DNA from: Diadema antillarum
Taxonomy: Eukaryota
Assembly (NCBI RefSeq): GCF_040938485.1
Contig: NW_027272213.1
Coordinates: 248,001-312,000, forward strand
Length of the DNA stretch: 64,000 bases
Direction: 5' to 3'
Each line of letters begins with the position of its first letter. Position 1 is the first letter of the stretch. A program made the translations under genes and the position numbers. The notes under the pieces were generated by a model. The model did no database searches. It was not told the DNA's origin and worked only from the letters and a program-made list of their open reading frames with translations. This document shows, one piece after another, positions 64,000 through 64,000 of this stretch.

Positions 64000-64000
64000 C

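Larger units (their letters stand above)
59826..64000 (-). mobile_element. Ty3/Gypsy LTR retrotransposon, 3' portion (integrase, extra ORF, PPT, 3' LTR)
   Basis: Integrase at the end of pol, PPT abutting a TG...CA LTR; continues beyond the window. Confidence 0.93.

Overview
AT-rich eukaryotic (animal) genomic DNA with spliceosomal introns, microsatellites and three N-gaps; no rRNA, tRNA or CRISPR. A sea-urchin/echinoderm origin is inferred from the BP10/SpAN-type gene architecture and is not proven. Left two-thirds: a cluster of four astacin metalloprotease genes (signal peptide, pro-domain, astacin, EGF, CUB, linker, CUB; 7 coding exons in the complete copies). Gene A is on the minus strand and is 3'-partial; B, C and D are on the plus strand. 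A 5'-end relic of a fifth paralog lies between A and B. Gene D is a B/C mosaic, and all four genes share a TATA/Inr core with identical spacing. Two loci carry minimal hammerhead-ribozyme motifs of the type known from Penelope-like retroelements (12.4 kb; 40.3-40.5 kb, the latter as an inverted pair). Right third: TE-dense DNA with several MITEs, a decayed PIF/Harbinger transposase facing a probable Myb/SANT partner gene, and the 3' half of a Gypsy LTR retrotransposon carrying an extra, apparently spliced ORF for a C2H2 zinc-finger protein between integrase and the 3' LTR. All coordinates, translations and alignments were read by eye; family assignments need HMM/BLAST confirmation.
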